This document shows, in pieces, positions 1 through 11,200 of a stretch of 56,776 bases of DNA (position 1 is the first letter of the stretch; the number at the start of each line of letters is the position of its first letter). Below the pieces are notes generated by a model. It was not told the origin of the DNA and did no database searches. It saw nothing but the letters and a program-made list of their open reading frames with translations. The stretch comes from an uncultured virus (IMG/VR IMGVR_UViG_3300020057_000339) (Duplodnaviria; Heunggongvirae; Uroviricota; Caudoviricetes), in the IMG/VR virus record IMGVR_UViG_3300020057_000339. The stretch is one strand, 5' to 3'. A program made the position numbers and the translations under genes.

Positions 1-419
1 TCAAGCATACTGACCGAACCATCAAACAGGTTCCGTGGACAGCCCGTTAGATCATCAAGCTTCTCTTTAGAGATGCCACATATATCGCCCTGCTTATATG
101 GACAGGTATCACAGTAAGGCTTCTTGTCATGATAGTCTTTAGTCTTCGCCCAGACTAGAGGTGACTCCATAATCTCAGGCTGACCATTGCGGTCTAACGT
201 AGCAAGTTCACCAGCATACCCCCTGTACAGACGACTCATCCAATCTGTATCATTTTCATTAGCAAGATTCTCCAAGACATCATGCAATAAAGATCCATGT
301 ACCGCCCCCCAATTTGTCTTAAGCTTTAGACCAGGGCAATTATAGGTAAGCCAGTATTTAAACTTACACATGTCATACGTCTTGATACGGCTAGGTGAAC
401 ATGATTTGAGTTTTAGCAT
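1..419 (-). CDS. PD-(D/E)XK RecB/Cas4-like exonuclease, N-terminal part (runs off the window)
   Basis: Not in the ORF track. Manual translation from ATG 419 gives MLKLKSCSPSRIKTYDMCKFKYWLTY...WGAVHGSLLHDVLE, the S-P-S-x6-C and G-x3-H-x2-LE start typical of PDDEXK_1 nucleases. It overlaps the primase stop. Confidence 0.75.
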   Translation of the reverse strand, partial: MLKLKSCSPSRIKTYDMCKFKYWLTYNCPGLKLKTNWGAVHGSLLHDVLENLANENDTDWMSRLYRGYAGELATLDRNGQPEIMESPLVWAKTKDYHDKKPYCDTCPYKQGDICGISKEKLDDLTGCPRNLFDGSVSML

Positions 420-1459
420 CCTACACCCTTGAAAATGAGTTGAAGTTGTTCGATAGAAAGTTCGCCGCAGTCGTGCGATCCATTAAGATCAACTTGATGA
501 ACGTTAAAGATGTCACCAACAACACGCTTAAGTCTCGTGAGTCCCTTGTCACCGGCATCGTTTTCATCGTCATCATAAGCGACGTACACGTCAGTAATGC
601 CATACTTAACCAATAGAGTTCTGTGGTTGACACAAAATGTCGTTCCGAGGGTCGCTACCCAGTTATGAATGCCGGACATTTCCAGCTTCATGCCATCAAG
701 CGGCCCCTCTACTACGATCATCTTCCTCTGCTGACCCATAAAACGCTTTGCTCTATTGAGATTGAATAGCAATGAACTAATCAAAAGTTCGCCACGCTTT
801 GGCCATAGATTATAGTTGCGACCATGAATCCATTTGCGATACTCGGTACCCTTCTCAGTGAAGTATTTCTCTGAATGAATAGTACGGCCACTATAGCCAA
901 CCAAGAATCCATCATGGTCTCGAATCGGAAACACTACACGATCATGCATGAATGTTCCAGGACGTTGCCACAATCCAGCGTTGTAGTCTCTTAGTACTTC
1001 CTTGCTAAAGCCACGCTTAATCAGGTACTCGGGATCCATCTGCAAGAAACGCAGATTATCCTCCTTGAGTGGTTCATGTGTATGAAGTGCCGTTCCACGA
1101 TAAAGATTCTCGGGCGGGGCTGCGACTTGAGTTACGTCAATACTCTTCTCAGATAGACGATCATGAATCCACTTAGAAGTGCCGAGAAAATTGATGCCGA
1201 GAATGCTACCTACAAGACCAAAAATGTCGTTGCCTCGTGACTCTTCGCAGTGATGAGTCCAACACACCCACCTGCCGAGACCTGGACGCCAACTAAAGGC
1301 GGTGGGATTATCACGATTTCCACCATGTTGTTGACACTTGCAACATGACTGAATAAGACCATCTCCACGATCGGTATAGTTGATTGCAAGCTTATCAAGT
1401 AGATAAGTAATGTTGCGATTTGCGTGATTACGTAAAGCCACTTTTTCGTTTTCAGTCAT
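413..1459 (-). CDS. dnaG: DNA primase (Zn-finger + TOPRIM)
   Basis: Cys/His Zn-binding N-terminus (CCKCQQH...CWTHHC), RVVFPIRD...GYSGR, TOPRIM VVEGPLD and AYDDD. Start probably MTENEK at 1459, overlapping the helicase stop; the ORF track starts at 1474. Confidence 0.9.
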   Translation of the reverse strand: MTENEKVALRNHANRNITYLLDKLAINYTDRGDGLIQSCCKCQQHGGNRDNPTAFSWRPGLGRWVCWTHHCEESRGNDIFGLVGSILGINFLGTSKWIHDRLSEKSIDVTQVAAPPENLYRGTALHTHEPLKEDNLRFLQMDPEYLIKRGFSKEVLRDYNAGLWQRPGTFMHDRVVFPIRDHDGFLVGYSGRTIHSEKYFTEKGTEYRKWIHGRNYNLWPKRGELLISSLLFNLNRAKRFMGQQRKMIVVEGPLDGMKLEMSGIHNWVATLGTTFCVNHRTLLVKYGITDVYVAYDDDENDAGDKGLTRLKRVVGDIFNVHQVDLNGSHDCGELSIEQLQLIFKGVGC

Positions 1460-2954
1460 CTTCATCATCGGCACCCTTTCTCTTGGAGGCTACGTCACGA
1501 CTCTTCTTAAACTGATCTAACCGCTTTTGACGCTCTTCATTGAAGTTCACGGTACTAAGGCCGATCTCTTTGAAATCACCACAACTCAAATCAGCGTCAA
1601 AATTGATGTGACCAGTCGGTGTACCCGCACCATAACGGGTAACAAATACTCGTAAATAGTGAGAACCATTGCCGTCAAACGCTCTTTCATCATCTGTCTT
1701 TCTTTTAAGGTAACTCACCGACGTAACGTTTTCGCTAATACGCTTACCACCAGCAACACACTTGATGCCTTCGTCAACCTCATTATTTGTCTGACCAAAC
1801 GCCAGACAAGGAATGTTATACTTCTTCATCGTGTCATGTAACAACGCTACGTTGATACCGTGCATCTGCCACTCAGCTAAATTATGATTAGCCTTAAGTT
1901 CAGAAACGGTCGCCAACTTAATGTAGTCGTAGACTACTAAACACTGTGCATTCTTTGTAGTGCGGTCTGGCTTAACGTCTTTTAGAATCCAGCGACGTAG
2001 ATGCGGAATGACGGCAGATACATCCATGCCCGAAATAGATTGGTATGTAATAGGTAAGGCCAAAACACGCTCACGTAACTCAGGGTCACGAATGCGGCGA
2101 CCACATTCCATAATGTGCGAAATCTGCTGCTCATCAGTTACTCCATGAAACTTCAACTGCTCTGGGGTCATCTTCCAAAAACCAGTTTCAATGTACTGGA
2201 ATGGTACACGAGCCATCAGGGCCACAAGACGAATCTGTTGATCATTCTTGTTAAGTTCACTATCACACAAGATGACCGGCAGTCCTTTCCGGGCTGTATT
2301 GAGGGCTGCACGTAACGCAAACTGCGACTTACCAGCCTTAGCTGTAGCCACCACAAAAGTTACAGACCCGTTTCTGAATTGACCCACACGATCTTGCCAT
2401 ATTGGGAAACCCAAATCTATTCCTAAATTTCCAGGATCGTTCGCGAGTGCGTCAATGAACTCGAAAATGCCTTTGGTCAGGAGTACAGGAGCGTTTTCGC
2501 CACGATCAAGTGTATTAACTTGGCTAATGATCGCATCTTCGACCTTACCAATCATGATCGACAAAGGATCAGACGTAGTTGTCAGATAGTTGTTGGTGTC
2601 TTCAAAGGCACGCCTGTAACTACCTTTAAGTGTCTGACGCTTAATCTCTAGGAAGAGGTCGGTTAGTTCTTGTTCACCAACTTTTTCCCTATAGAGTTCA
2701 TCAATCCACGCCCCATCCTTGGTGGCTGATAGATAGTTCTGGTGACCAAGAGCTTTGGCCTCCGCTACCAGCTTGGACTTCGTGATGTTAGTTGCTTCCT
2801 TATTCAGAACCAACGAACGCAAAGCCTCGAATGTCATCTTCGTGGCTGAGTGCTGAAAATCTGTATCATCTAGATAGTCTAGATAATCAAATAGTTTGGT
2901 TGGGTTCGCGATAACCCCGGCCAAAAAGACCTGCTCGGCGGCAATATTACTCAT
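1452..2954 (-). CDS. dnaB: Replicative DnaB-like helicase
   Basis: N-terminal AEQVFLAGVI, Walker A ATAKAGKS, DSEL, Walker B VVYDYIKL, adjacent to primase. Confidence 0.9.
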   Translation of the reverse strand: MSNIAAEQVFLAGVIANPTKLFDYLDYLDDTDFQHSATKMTFEALRSLVLNKEATNITKSKLVAEAKALGHQNYLSATKDGAWIDELYREKVGEQELTDLFLEIKRQTLKGSYRRAFEDTNNYLTTTSDPLSIMIGKVEDAIISQVNTLDRGENAPVLLTKGIFEFIDALANDPGNLGIDLGFPIWQDRVGQFRNGSVTFVVATAKAGKSQFALRAALNTARKGLPVILCDSELNKNDQQIRLVALMARVPFQYIETGFWKMTPEQLKFHGVTDEQQISHIMECGRRIRDPELRERVLALPITYQSISGMDVSAVIPHLRRWILKDVKPDRTTKNAQCLVVYDYIKLATVSELKANHNLAEWQMHGINVALLHDTMKKYNIPCLAFGQTNNEVDEGIKCVAGGKRISENVTSVSYLKRKTDDERAFDGNGSHYLRVFVTRYGAGTPTGHINFDADLSCGDFKEIGLSTVNFNEERQKRLDQFKKSRDVASKRKGADDEDD

Positions 2955-3369
2955 CGTCTTCCCTGTTCGATTGAATCAAATCTTTGAGTTCATCAGTAGA
3001 AAGTGTGTCACGCACTTCAATCAATAGGATTTTATTGAGCACGCACCAGTCTCGCTTACGTTGATCCCTGCCCCTTGAACGCTCGAAGCCATCTTTATCG
3101 CCATGAAAGAATTTGTTGAAAATGTCGTGTTGTACACCCTGAAACTCAAATGCAAGATTGTTGTGTGGCATATAAAAGTCAAGCAAAAGTCTTTCTTCTG
3201 GAATAGGAAACTCTTCTAAAACTAAAGCTTGCGTACCATAAATAGAACGGATAGCACGTCCCAGATTGTACTGACCTATAGACTTAGACTGAGTTCTGGA
3301 CCGAACAGGATACTTACTCGGCAGAATCTCAAGACGCACTTCTTTTTTACTGAGGGTCAGAAACTTCAT
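2947..3369 (-). CDS. Vsr/DUF559-like PD-(D/E)XK endonuclease
   Basis: LDFYMP...LAFEFQGVQH...RDQRKRDWC motif pattern. Start likely MKFLTL at 3369. Confidence 0.7.
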   Translation of the reverse strand: MKFLTLSKKEVRLEILPSKYPVRSRTQSKSIGQYNLGRAIRSIYGTQALVLEEFPIPEERLLLDFYMPHNNLAFEFQGVQHDIFNKFFHGDKDGFERSRGRDQRKRDWCVLNKILLIEVRDTLSTDELKDLIQSNREDDE

Positions 3370-4513
3370 CTGTAAGATCATCTAAAACATCATGGCGTGC
3401 GTCCGTCTTAAGGAATGCTTTTAACTGTTGATCAAGCTTAAGCGTCAATGCCGGATCAAGCAATAATTTGCGTGACGCATTGAATTGAGACATCCATGTA
3501 CCATCTAGTTCCGTAGCATCTTTCTTGACGAATTCATTGGTGGCACGATCTAGCTTGGGCAAATAAACTTGTTTGCCACCCTTGCCACCCAAACGCAAGA
3601 TACCAAAGTTACAGCACTGAATCACAAGTTCTTGCTCGCGAAAAATACCGCTATTATAGAGTAGAGGTACGGCATTTTCTGCCCCCTCTGGTGCAAACTT
3701 ATTCTTGACCACCTTATAATTGATCAGCTTGCCAATAATGTGACCATCCGCCATCGTAATCATATCTGCCTTAGTTGGCTTCTTAAGACGAATACGTTGA
3801 GACGCATAGAATGCAACGGCAGCACCACCCGGCGTTGTAGTTGGATCGCCATACAACGTAATCTTGCTACGAGTTTGATTGGTAAAGATTAACGCAACAT
3901 TGTTCTGTTCGGCTACACCGATAAGTTTACGCATAGCATCAGACATTAACTTACCATGATTACCAACTCGGTTCTCGCCAATAGCACCAGACAAAACAGT
4001 CTCAGGTTGTGCCGCATCAATAGAGTCAAGAGCAGCAATGCCACCTGGACACATGGCAGCAAACTGACGCATCGCCTCAAGGGCTTGTTCACCATTTGTA
4101 GTATTGACGATCCAAAAACGACAATCATTCTTTTTCGAGACAGCCTCTTCCACGAATGGACGTAGACTACGAATCGTCCTCATGAGCGAAACATTCAGGC
4201 TCTTCTCCATATTGACAAACATGCATCGCTTAGTCGGATCAGTAGACAACGCTCTTCCTATAATTTCAAGAATGATAGTTGTCTTGCCCGTACCCTCATC
4301 TCCATAAAGTTCGGTAATGCGACCCGCTGGAAATGGAACAACTAGGTCGTAGTCTAGGGTATACGATCCGCTTTCATTGCCCGGCGGATCTTCCATTGCG
4401 TTGGCACCAACAACATACACGCCCGTTTCTTCGTTGCTTAGTTCACCACTAAAGAACTCAAGCGAAACTTGTGCGGGAATATTGGGCTGCTTATCAGTCT
4501 TTGACTTCGCCAC
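3347..4513 (-). CDS. recA: RecA/UvsX-like recombinase
   Basis: GRITELYGDEGTGKTT, LDSIDA, IFTNQTR, TTPGG..VAFYASQRIRL, VVKNKFAP are RecA signatures. Confidence 0.93.
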   Translation of the reverse strand: MAKSKTDKQPNIPAQVSLEFFSGELSNEETGVYVVGANAMEDPPGNESGSYTLDYDLVVPFPAGRITELYGDEGTGKTTIILEIIGRALSTDPTKRCMFVNMEKSLNVSLMRTIRSLRPFVEEAVSKKNDCRFWIVNTTNGEQALEAMRQFAAMCPGGIAALDSIDAAQPETVLSGAIGENRVGNHGKLMSDAMRKLIGVAEQNNVALIFTNQTRSKITLYGDPTTTPGGAAVAFYASQRIRLKKPTKADMITMADGHIIGKLINYKVVKNKFAPEGAENAVPLLYNSGIFREQELVIQCCNFGILRLGGKGGKQVYLPKLDRATNEFVKKDATELDGTWMSQFNASRKLLLDPALTLKLDQQLKAFLKTDARHDVLDDLTDEVSDPQ

Positions 4514-4931
4514 GTTCTAGCTCCTTCAAAAAAGTCAGGAATGACTTCGGTTTTTCTTGCTTGTATGACGCCTTTTCAAGTCCGGGCTTCATGGACTCGC
4601 GGCGTTGATCGGAATAGAGTCTACATACTTCGTCTATGTTATAGCGTCTAAACAGCTTGCGGGCTACGACAGCCATCTTGGCAAACTCTGGTGGATTTAT
4701 GTAGTGCGGCTTACACTTGAAAACGTAGAAAGCAAGTTGCTCGGAGGATAGGCCAAACGATGGCCCCATGAGCTTCTTGAAGGCCGCGACGAATCGACCC
4801 CACTCTTTGCCGTTGTCGCCACGCCACGGGAAGATGGCTGAGCGTAGATCACGATTCAGCCACAGCATCTCCGTGAGAATATTGGCTTCATCATGCTCAA
4901 TTCCGGGCGTTGTAAGCGACTCGTACTTCAT
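4494..4931 (-). CDS. Hypothetical protein
   Basis: ORF with ATGA coupling to the upstream gene (start MKYES at 4931). Confidence 0.7.
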   Translation of the reverse strand: MKYESLTTPGIEHDEANILTEMLWLNRDLRSAIFPWRGDNGKEWGRFVAAFKKLMGPSFGLSSEQLAFYVFKCKPHYINPPEFAKMAVVARKLFRRYNIDEVCRLYSDQRRESMKPGLEKASYKQEKPKSFLTFLKELERGEVKD

Positions 4932-5395
4932 ACTGCGTCGTTCACTATGCACGCGAGATTAGTCTCGCTGTACGGCTTTATTTCGTAGGAGACGTTGCCA
5001 GCATGATCAATCCACGTCACATGAATTTCGCGACCTTTAATCAGACCAATGCCAACCCAATTAATCTGGCCGACCTGTGTTGCATTCAGCAATGCCCCAG
5101 CCTTCTTGGATTGCCAGTAGCCATTAATCTGGGGATTGCCACTATCGTCTCGATAAGGCATAAGTATAACACGACGACTGTACGCTTCTAGTCGTAGATT
5201 CGTGAGCTTGAGCTTATGAACCTTAACGTACTCGCTAAGACGAACCCAGGCCGTTCGTTCTCCTGGCATAACGTCCTCGAAAACGGTTGTACCGTCAGAG
5301 AGGGAGGCAATCCAACGACTAACGGTCGGATCCTTCGCAGGATTAGGAACAAATGGATGTTTTGAAGAGAATGCCAGCATATTGATCATGTCCAC
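4928..5395 (-). CDS. Hypothetical protein
   Basis: 155-aa ORF co-oriented and coupled within the operon. Confidence 0.7.
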   Translation of the reverse strand: MDMINMLAFSSKHPFVPNPAKDPTVSRWIASLSDGTTVFEDVMPGERTAWVRLSEYVKVHKLKLTNLRLEAYSRRVILMPYRDDSGNPQINGYWQSKKAGALLNATQVGQINWVGIGLIKGREIHVTWIDHAGNVSYEIKPYSETNLACIVNDAV

Positions 5396-5507
5396 GAGTG
5401 AAAATCATCTTCGTGATTGACACTACATTATGACCAACAGACATAGACTCGTCTATCACAAAATGTTGCCACGCATCAAGATAGAGTTTAACGCCTCTGG
5501 ACGTTGC

Positions 5508-6167
5508 TTACAAATACTCTAACAATAACAAGTACGCAAAGTTGATCTTACGTCCAGCAGCAGTCGGCGTACCACTGATAATAAGATGGTAGTCATGAAC
5601 TGATTGAGCACTCAACTGAGCTTGAAGAGCTAGTGCAGAGCCGCTACTGTCAATGTTTTGCCACGAAGCATTTCCAGCAAAGCCTTGCGTATCTTGAAGT
5701 TGAGCGGCCTTGATCAAAATACCAGCACTCACGAGATTGTCAACGTCTGGAGCACCAGACCCAGGCGTCAAGCCAATAGCACGGAATGTTGCATTCTGCG
5801 TGACGACAGCAGTGTTGTTCGGCTCGATGAAACGACACAAAAGCGTTCCAGAAATCGAAGGAATGTTAGTGAGACCGGCTGTAAATGGCACGCCAGATAC
5901 ACTAGCAGTGCTTGCTCCCGTAAACTTAACGTTGATCATCGTACCGAAGTCAACGCCAGTCTCGTTACAACGGTGAGTGCGATCTTGGTACCGACCAACA
6001 ATCACGGCACTATTCGGAGCACCAGCGGATCCGAAAAAGCCCATACGATTGGGGTTGTTTGTAGCTCCAGCTTCGAGATTGAAAATCTCAAGATTGGGTG
6101 TCGCTCGTGTACTGGGCGTACCGCCCATAGCACCAGAGCATGCAAAAAAACGAATTCCGCTTACCAT
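5508..6167 (-). CDS. Putative virion structural protein (beta-rich)
   Basis: SD AGAGG upstream, G/S/A/T-rich, at the end of the tail cluster. Confidence 0.6.
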   Translation of the reverse strand: MVSGIRFFACSGAMGGTPSTRATPNLEIFNLEAGATNNPNRMGFFGSAGAPNSAVIVGRYQDRTHRCNETGVDFGTMINVKFTGASTASVSGVPFTAGLTNIPSISGTLLCRFIEPNNTAVVTQNATFRAIGLTPGSGAPDVDNLVSAGILIKAAQLQDTQGFAGNASWQNIDSSGSALALQAQLSAQSVHDYHLIISGTPTAAGRKINFAYLLLLEYL

Positions 6168-6332
6168 AATGCTACCTCTTTCTGATCGGCATACGCCAAG
6201 AGTTTACGCCCCTTGACTCGATTCGGACACAAATCTAAGTTAGACATACTACGGCCTTAAAATGGCTGTAGCTATCCCTATGCGGGAACGTCTTGAGCCG
6301 AGTAAGCTATGGTGGATACCAACGCTATGGAC

Positions 6333-6342
6333 AATACACTAA
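6333..6342 (-). promoter_or_regulatory. Putative late promoter motif TTAGTGTATT
   Basis: One of at least 7 copies at minus-strand gene junctions; overlaps the TAG stop of 6339..8261. Confidence 0.6.
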
Positions 6343-8261
6343 ATGGTCCTCCACCAAATATGTGTGTTGCCCCTCAGGGTTGTGCCTGTCGCTTTTGACA
6401 CAAGATTTTGAAGCACTTCAAATGTTGTCGCTCGTTCAATCATGCGTGAAATTTTATATGTGCGTAATCCACCAGATGTAGCACTCCACAAGACATAAAT
6501 TCCATTAGTCACATTTACTGCACCAGAAACTTGCCATACGCTATGCAGGATAAGATTGGTTGTACTTAATGCTGGAAAATTTGTTGTCACGTCAAATGTT
6601 TTTGTGACAAATCCACCAGTCACATTCAAAAAACGATTGTCTCCCGTGTCACCGAACGTCCATAGGTCACCATTCATAGAGCCTCCAAATGGGAATATGG
6701 GAGTGACATTATGAATGGTACTATCATAAGCCATGGGAGACCCAGTAAATCTATGTATACGTGTACTACTTTTTTCAATGAGATAGCCAGCGTTGTTATG
6801 AGTAAACCAATCTGATAATCGTATAGATCCGTCGAAAAGGGCCGGATTAGCAAATGGTGGGAAGCCGAGACCATCATCTGTTGGCAAAACAACGGAACCA
6901 GAAGCGACAGATACGCGATTGACAACATCATCAAATGTTACAAACCCAATATCAAGCGTCTGTTCCCCGGTCGCTATGTTGAACGCCGTCTGATGAACAG
7001 CACTACCAGTCTTGACTAGTTCATTAGCCGTCACACGTACTAGACCCATGACCTGTCGCCATGTGGGGGCTGCAATTGTACCCTCTGCTAAGCAATCGTG
7101 TTTAAAATCCTGCGTAATAGGAGAGAGAACGGCGGCTGCTGTATTGGTTTCTAAGAAAAGTGCGTCACTAAAAACATGTAATCCAGTATCAGTTGTCAAA
7201 TTGATAACTGGAAATACAGATGTGCGAATACCAGATGGTATTACAACGTTGACGTTGACTGATTTTGGTAAACGAATACCCATTCTATATGATCCAGCAG
7301 CCAATGAAGTGGGGGTGAACGCCCCCTCTGCGATTGTAGATAAATTGTTGTCAAATGATGGCAATGGAGCTAATCCAGGCTCTACAAAAGATAGCTGTGC
7401 TATCAAATTACCGGCACTAAAATCATTTACTTGAGTAATGAGTAGTTCTGTACCCGGAAGAATTAAATCACCGCGAATGGCAAAGTTGCCATCATTCCAA
7501 AATTTTGTAAAACCAGCATTACTTACCGCAATTAATGCACCAGCAGTAGTCTGAAATTGTGGAAAAATAGGTGCTGAACCGCCACCAAAAATTGAAGTTC
7601 CATTACTAAAGGCATTGGTCGTCAGTCGTGGCCACGGCTGATACATCAACTCGGACATGTCAATATCGTATATCACGCCAGACGATCCCAAAGGATAATA
7701 TGGCCTGCCGGTAAAGAAAGTATCTTCTTCCGTTAACGGATTAATAAGCAGCTCGCCAACGACCGCCGTACCATTTTCTGAAATTGGATGAGCAAAAATG
7801 TCCTGACTGAAAAATGGATTGGATACTGTGCCGCGTGGATGATTACGGAACGTTTCCAAGAACCAATCTTCAGCCACGGCTCTACCAAGACCACCAATAC
7901 CGGCTGGGCCAAAGAATAGGTTCAACATCAAGCTTCGGATGCTGCCGATGTTAGTTGAGTTCTGCAAGAACGCTGGCGTGTACGAACCAAGATTCGCTCC
8001 AATCGGCGAAGGATCATACAATCCATTGACTGGAAAACGACGATCTGGGTAGTTGTTGAGTGTTGGAATACCAACCACTTCCGCTGTGTTGAACATGCCC
8101 GAAGCGTTGTAACGACGTAGTTCTGCCATCAACACCCATGCGGCTTGCTCGAAAAGCAAACCAGATGGTTGAAGGAAACTGCCGGGTGCGTGTGTCGCTG
8201 TCTTGACTGGACCGGGCACAACATACCCATACGGAATAACTCCTGACTGGAGCACTGGCAT
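6339..8261 (-). CDS. Putative tail fibre/receptor-binding or baseplate protein
   Basis: 640-aa beta-rich ORF directly downstream of the large tail proteins. Confidence 0.55.
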   Translation of the reverse strand: MPVLQSGVIPYGYVVPGPVKTATHAPGSFLQPSGLLFEQAAWVLMAELRRYNASGMFNTAEVVGIPTLNNYPDRRFPVNGLYDPSPIGANLGSYTPAFLQNSTNIGSIRSLMLNLFFGPAGIGGLGRAVAEDWFLETFRNHPRGTVSNPFFSQDIFAHPISENGTAVVGELLINPLTEEDTFFTGRPYYPLGSSGVIYDIDMSELMYQPWPRLTTNAFSNGTSIFGGGSAPIFPQFQTTAGALIAVSNAGFTKFWNDGNFAIRGDLILPGTELLITQVNDFSAGNLIAQLSFVEPGLAPLPSFDNNLSTIAEGAFTPTSLAAGSYRMGIRLPKSVNVNVVIPSGIRTSVFPVINLTTDTGLHVFSDALFLETNTAAAVLSPITQDFKHDCLAEGTIAAPTWRQVMGLVRVTANELVKTGSAVHQTAFNIATGEQTLDIGFVTFDDVVNRVSVASGSVVLPTDDGLGFPPFANPALFDGSIRLSDWFTHNNAGYLIEKSSTRIHRFTGSPMAYDSTIHNVTPIFPFGGSMNGDLWTFGDTGDNRFLNVTGGFVTKTFDVTTNFPALSTTNLILHSVWQVSGAVNVTNGIYVLWSATSGGLRTYKISRMIERATTFEVLQNLVSKATGTTLRGNTHIWWRTI

Positions 8262-11200
8262 TAGAAGATACCGAAGTTCTGCATTGCAGGACGAACGATT
8301 TCGATGAAGTTTACTGTAGCAAGTCCACCCATGCCACTTGGCACGATAGCCTGTGCCAAGAACCCTCTATCACCAGATGCGGCGAACTGAGGATACGGAA
8401 TGGGCACCACGTCCGCGTACAGCGTTCCAGATGTCACCACTTGACCGTTGTGGTCAAGCGGACGACAGATGGCCTTGGCGAGCGGCGATCCTTGGTTTGC
8501 TACCGCAGTGATTTCAACGGGCACGACTCCCGCTGCACTTGAAGCCGTACCGTTCAAGTAGATAGTACCAATAGTATCACCAGGAGTGACTTTGGCATTC
8601 CCCTGTGCAGCCAGCGTAGTCTTAGCTCCAACTTGGACGGTGCCATTCAAGACTGGCAGATTGAAGATCGCTCTAGATCCAGTGCCCCCTACAAATGTCA
8701 CGTCATAGTTGGCTGTGTTGCTTGGATTCACACGCTCGATCTGAACAATAGTACCATTAGCAAAGGGGCGACCTTGCGTAAAGTAACGTAGAATGGTATT
8801 GCCATCTGGCAATTGGAAGTTATCGGTGTGATATACGGCTTTATCATCAATGTTTAAGAATCCATCAATACAAATTGCCCCTTCACGGAAGTCGATATTC
8901 GAAGAGCTAAGAGCCAATGGTGGCTTCACGTAAGCGTGCTGGTCGATACCACGATAGCGTTCATCGACTTCCGTTCCAGGTATGCTTGAAAGAGAGAAAA
9001 TGTTGTTGACTTCGGTAATCGTTACACGAACGGCGTTCTGCTCAGAGTCAAAGAAGATCGGCGGTACAAATGTATCGCCCGGCAACGTGGTATTGCTGGC
9101 TCTACCTGGATTGGGATCAAGTAGTGCCAAGTCGGCAAAGTCGATCGGATTCAGAATGCCATTGAGTTGGGCACGAACTCGCTCGCCAAGCGGGGCATCG
9201 CGACCAAACTTAGGATAATACGACTGAATCTTGTAACGTGTAACGAAGCCGTCGATGCCAAAACTGATATTGAGTTCACTGACGCCGTGCGAAATTTCAC
9301 CGTACAGTCCAGAAGGACCAATGTTTTGTTCCGCAAATGCATCAAACGACAAGAGCGGGAGTCCAACTTGCTGGAAGTCAGCATAACGAGAAGAAGACTT
9401 GGGAACAATCTTGCCTTCTACGCGACGAATAGCACGATCTGTCATAATAGCCAGTGACGTTTGATTGCCCTCGGGAGAGAATGCCCACGGAACAAACTGA
9501 TCGTCTAGCTGTATATCTTCGTGACGTTCATAATGAAGATCGCCCAAAACCCACTGACTTGGATATGTTTGTCCATAACGAAGACGAGACTGTACGGGAA
9601 TTGCGACGCCAGAAAGTGCGTCGTACACATTCAATACCTGAGATGGATTAATAATGTCTAGTAGTCCAGAACCAGTCAACTTGTTGATAGTAGTCAACAT
9701 CGTCGCCAAGTTAAAGATAATGCCGTCATTGACAATGCCGCCAGATGGACCAGCATTAATCGGCAATTGACACAGTAATGTTCCCTTGGGATATGACTCG
9801 AAACCGTAAAGATCTGCTTCGCTGTGCGGATCTATTACACGATCTCCAACGTCTTGCAATGTCACGGGAATATAGTGTCTGCCATCACCACTTGGATTAA
9901 ATGGCGGTGCGTCTTCTGTCCAATTGGCAAAGCTCGCTGGATTGTCATCTCCAAGTGGACCATACACAGTGCTTTGTGGCAGCACGCAATACGCACGCAC
10001 CCTAAAGTCTTCGGTCACGAATGGGCTCACAGGTCCGAGACCGCGATTAATCTCGTAGTCTTCAACGAATACGCCACTCGTAGTCACGGTGCCAGAGGCG
10101 GACAGCGAATAGCCTTGTACTTGATTTTCAACGTTCGCCCAGGCAGCGTCAACAAGCTGAAACAAGCCAGAAGCTTGATTATATAGTAGTCCTTCAACCA
10201 CGTACGAACGACCATAGTGACGCGAAGCATGGTCACGAATTCTATTGTAGAATGCAATAACCCAGTTTTGCTCTTGATCTCTACGATTACTGATCACTCG
10301 TAGACCAGATTCGGCTGCACCAGTAGCAATACCGGCGAGCGGCATGTTCGGATCTAAGCGACTTTGGAACGATGAATTTTGAGCGGCAATAGAACCATTG
10401 TCAGGCGGAAAGCCATACCCCGGTGGATTAGCCGTGCCGCTAGGCGTTTGATAGATTTTGTAGTACGTCCATTGCTCAATACCAGCAAGTGCAAGCTGTA
10501 ACTCTTTCTCAGTGGGCATGTACGTACGAAAGTATCCATCGGCATCATAAAAGCCAACGCTCAACTTGTCCCAAGCTTTTGAGAACACAACATTCCCATC
10601 AAGTGCGGACGTTTCCATTCCGTCAATCGGACTAAGTAATTCAGAATTAATGAAGCCTTCTTGGTGACCGCCAAGAACACGAAAACGTGTAGGATCCGGC
10701 ACAACGTCATGACCAAAGCCAAGTTGCTTAGTTTCGTTTAAGCCAGACTGGCTACCAAATTGCGACACCAAGTTCAGAATTTCAGCTTCACTGATATCAA
10801 ACTGAACCTTCTTGTTGACGAGGGCTACACGCTGAGCGTCCATATTCCAGTACCAGTCGTAACCAGTATCTAAAAGAATACGTGATAATACATCATCTAA
10901 GGGATCAAGGTTGAACTGAAAACGTATAGCTGTGATTGTACCGCCAATGTTCTTCTCGATATGTTCTACAGTTGGAAGAATAGAGACCGGAACAGATAAA
11001 TTGCCTTCGTTATAGGTGAGGTCGATTGCAGCCAAGATTTGGTCGTACGTGCCACCAAATTGCAAAATACGATCATATTCTTTTACAAGCGGTTCCGATG
11101 GATTACCATTAATGTCTTCAAGACCATTCAAAATACGAAATGCTCTTGCGACGGAAACCACTCCGCTTGGAACACTTTGTCCAAGATCTTCCGTATGAAT

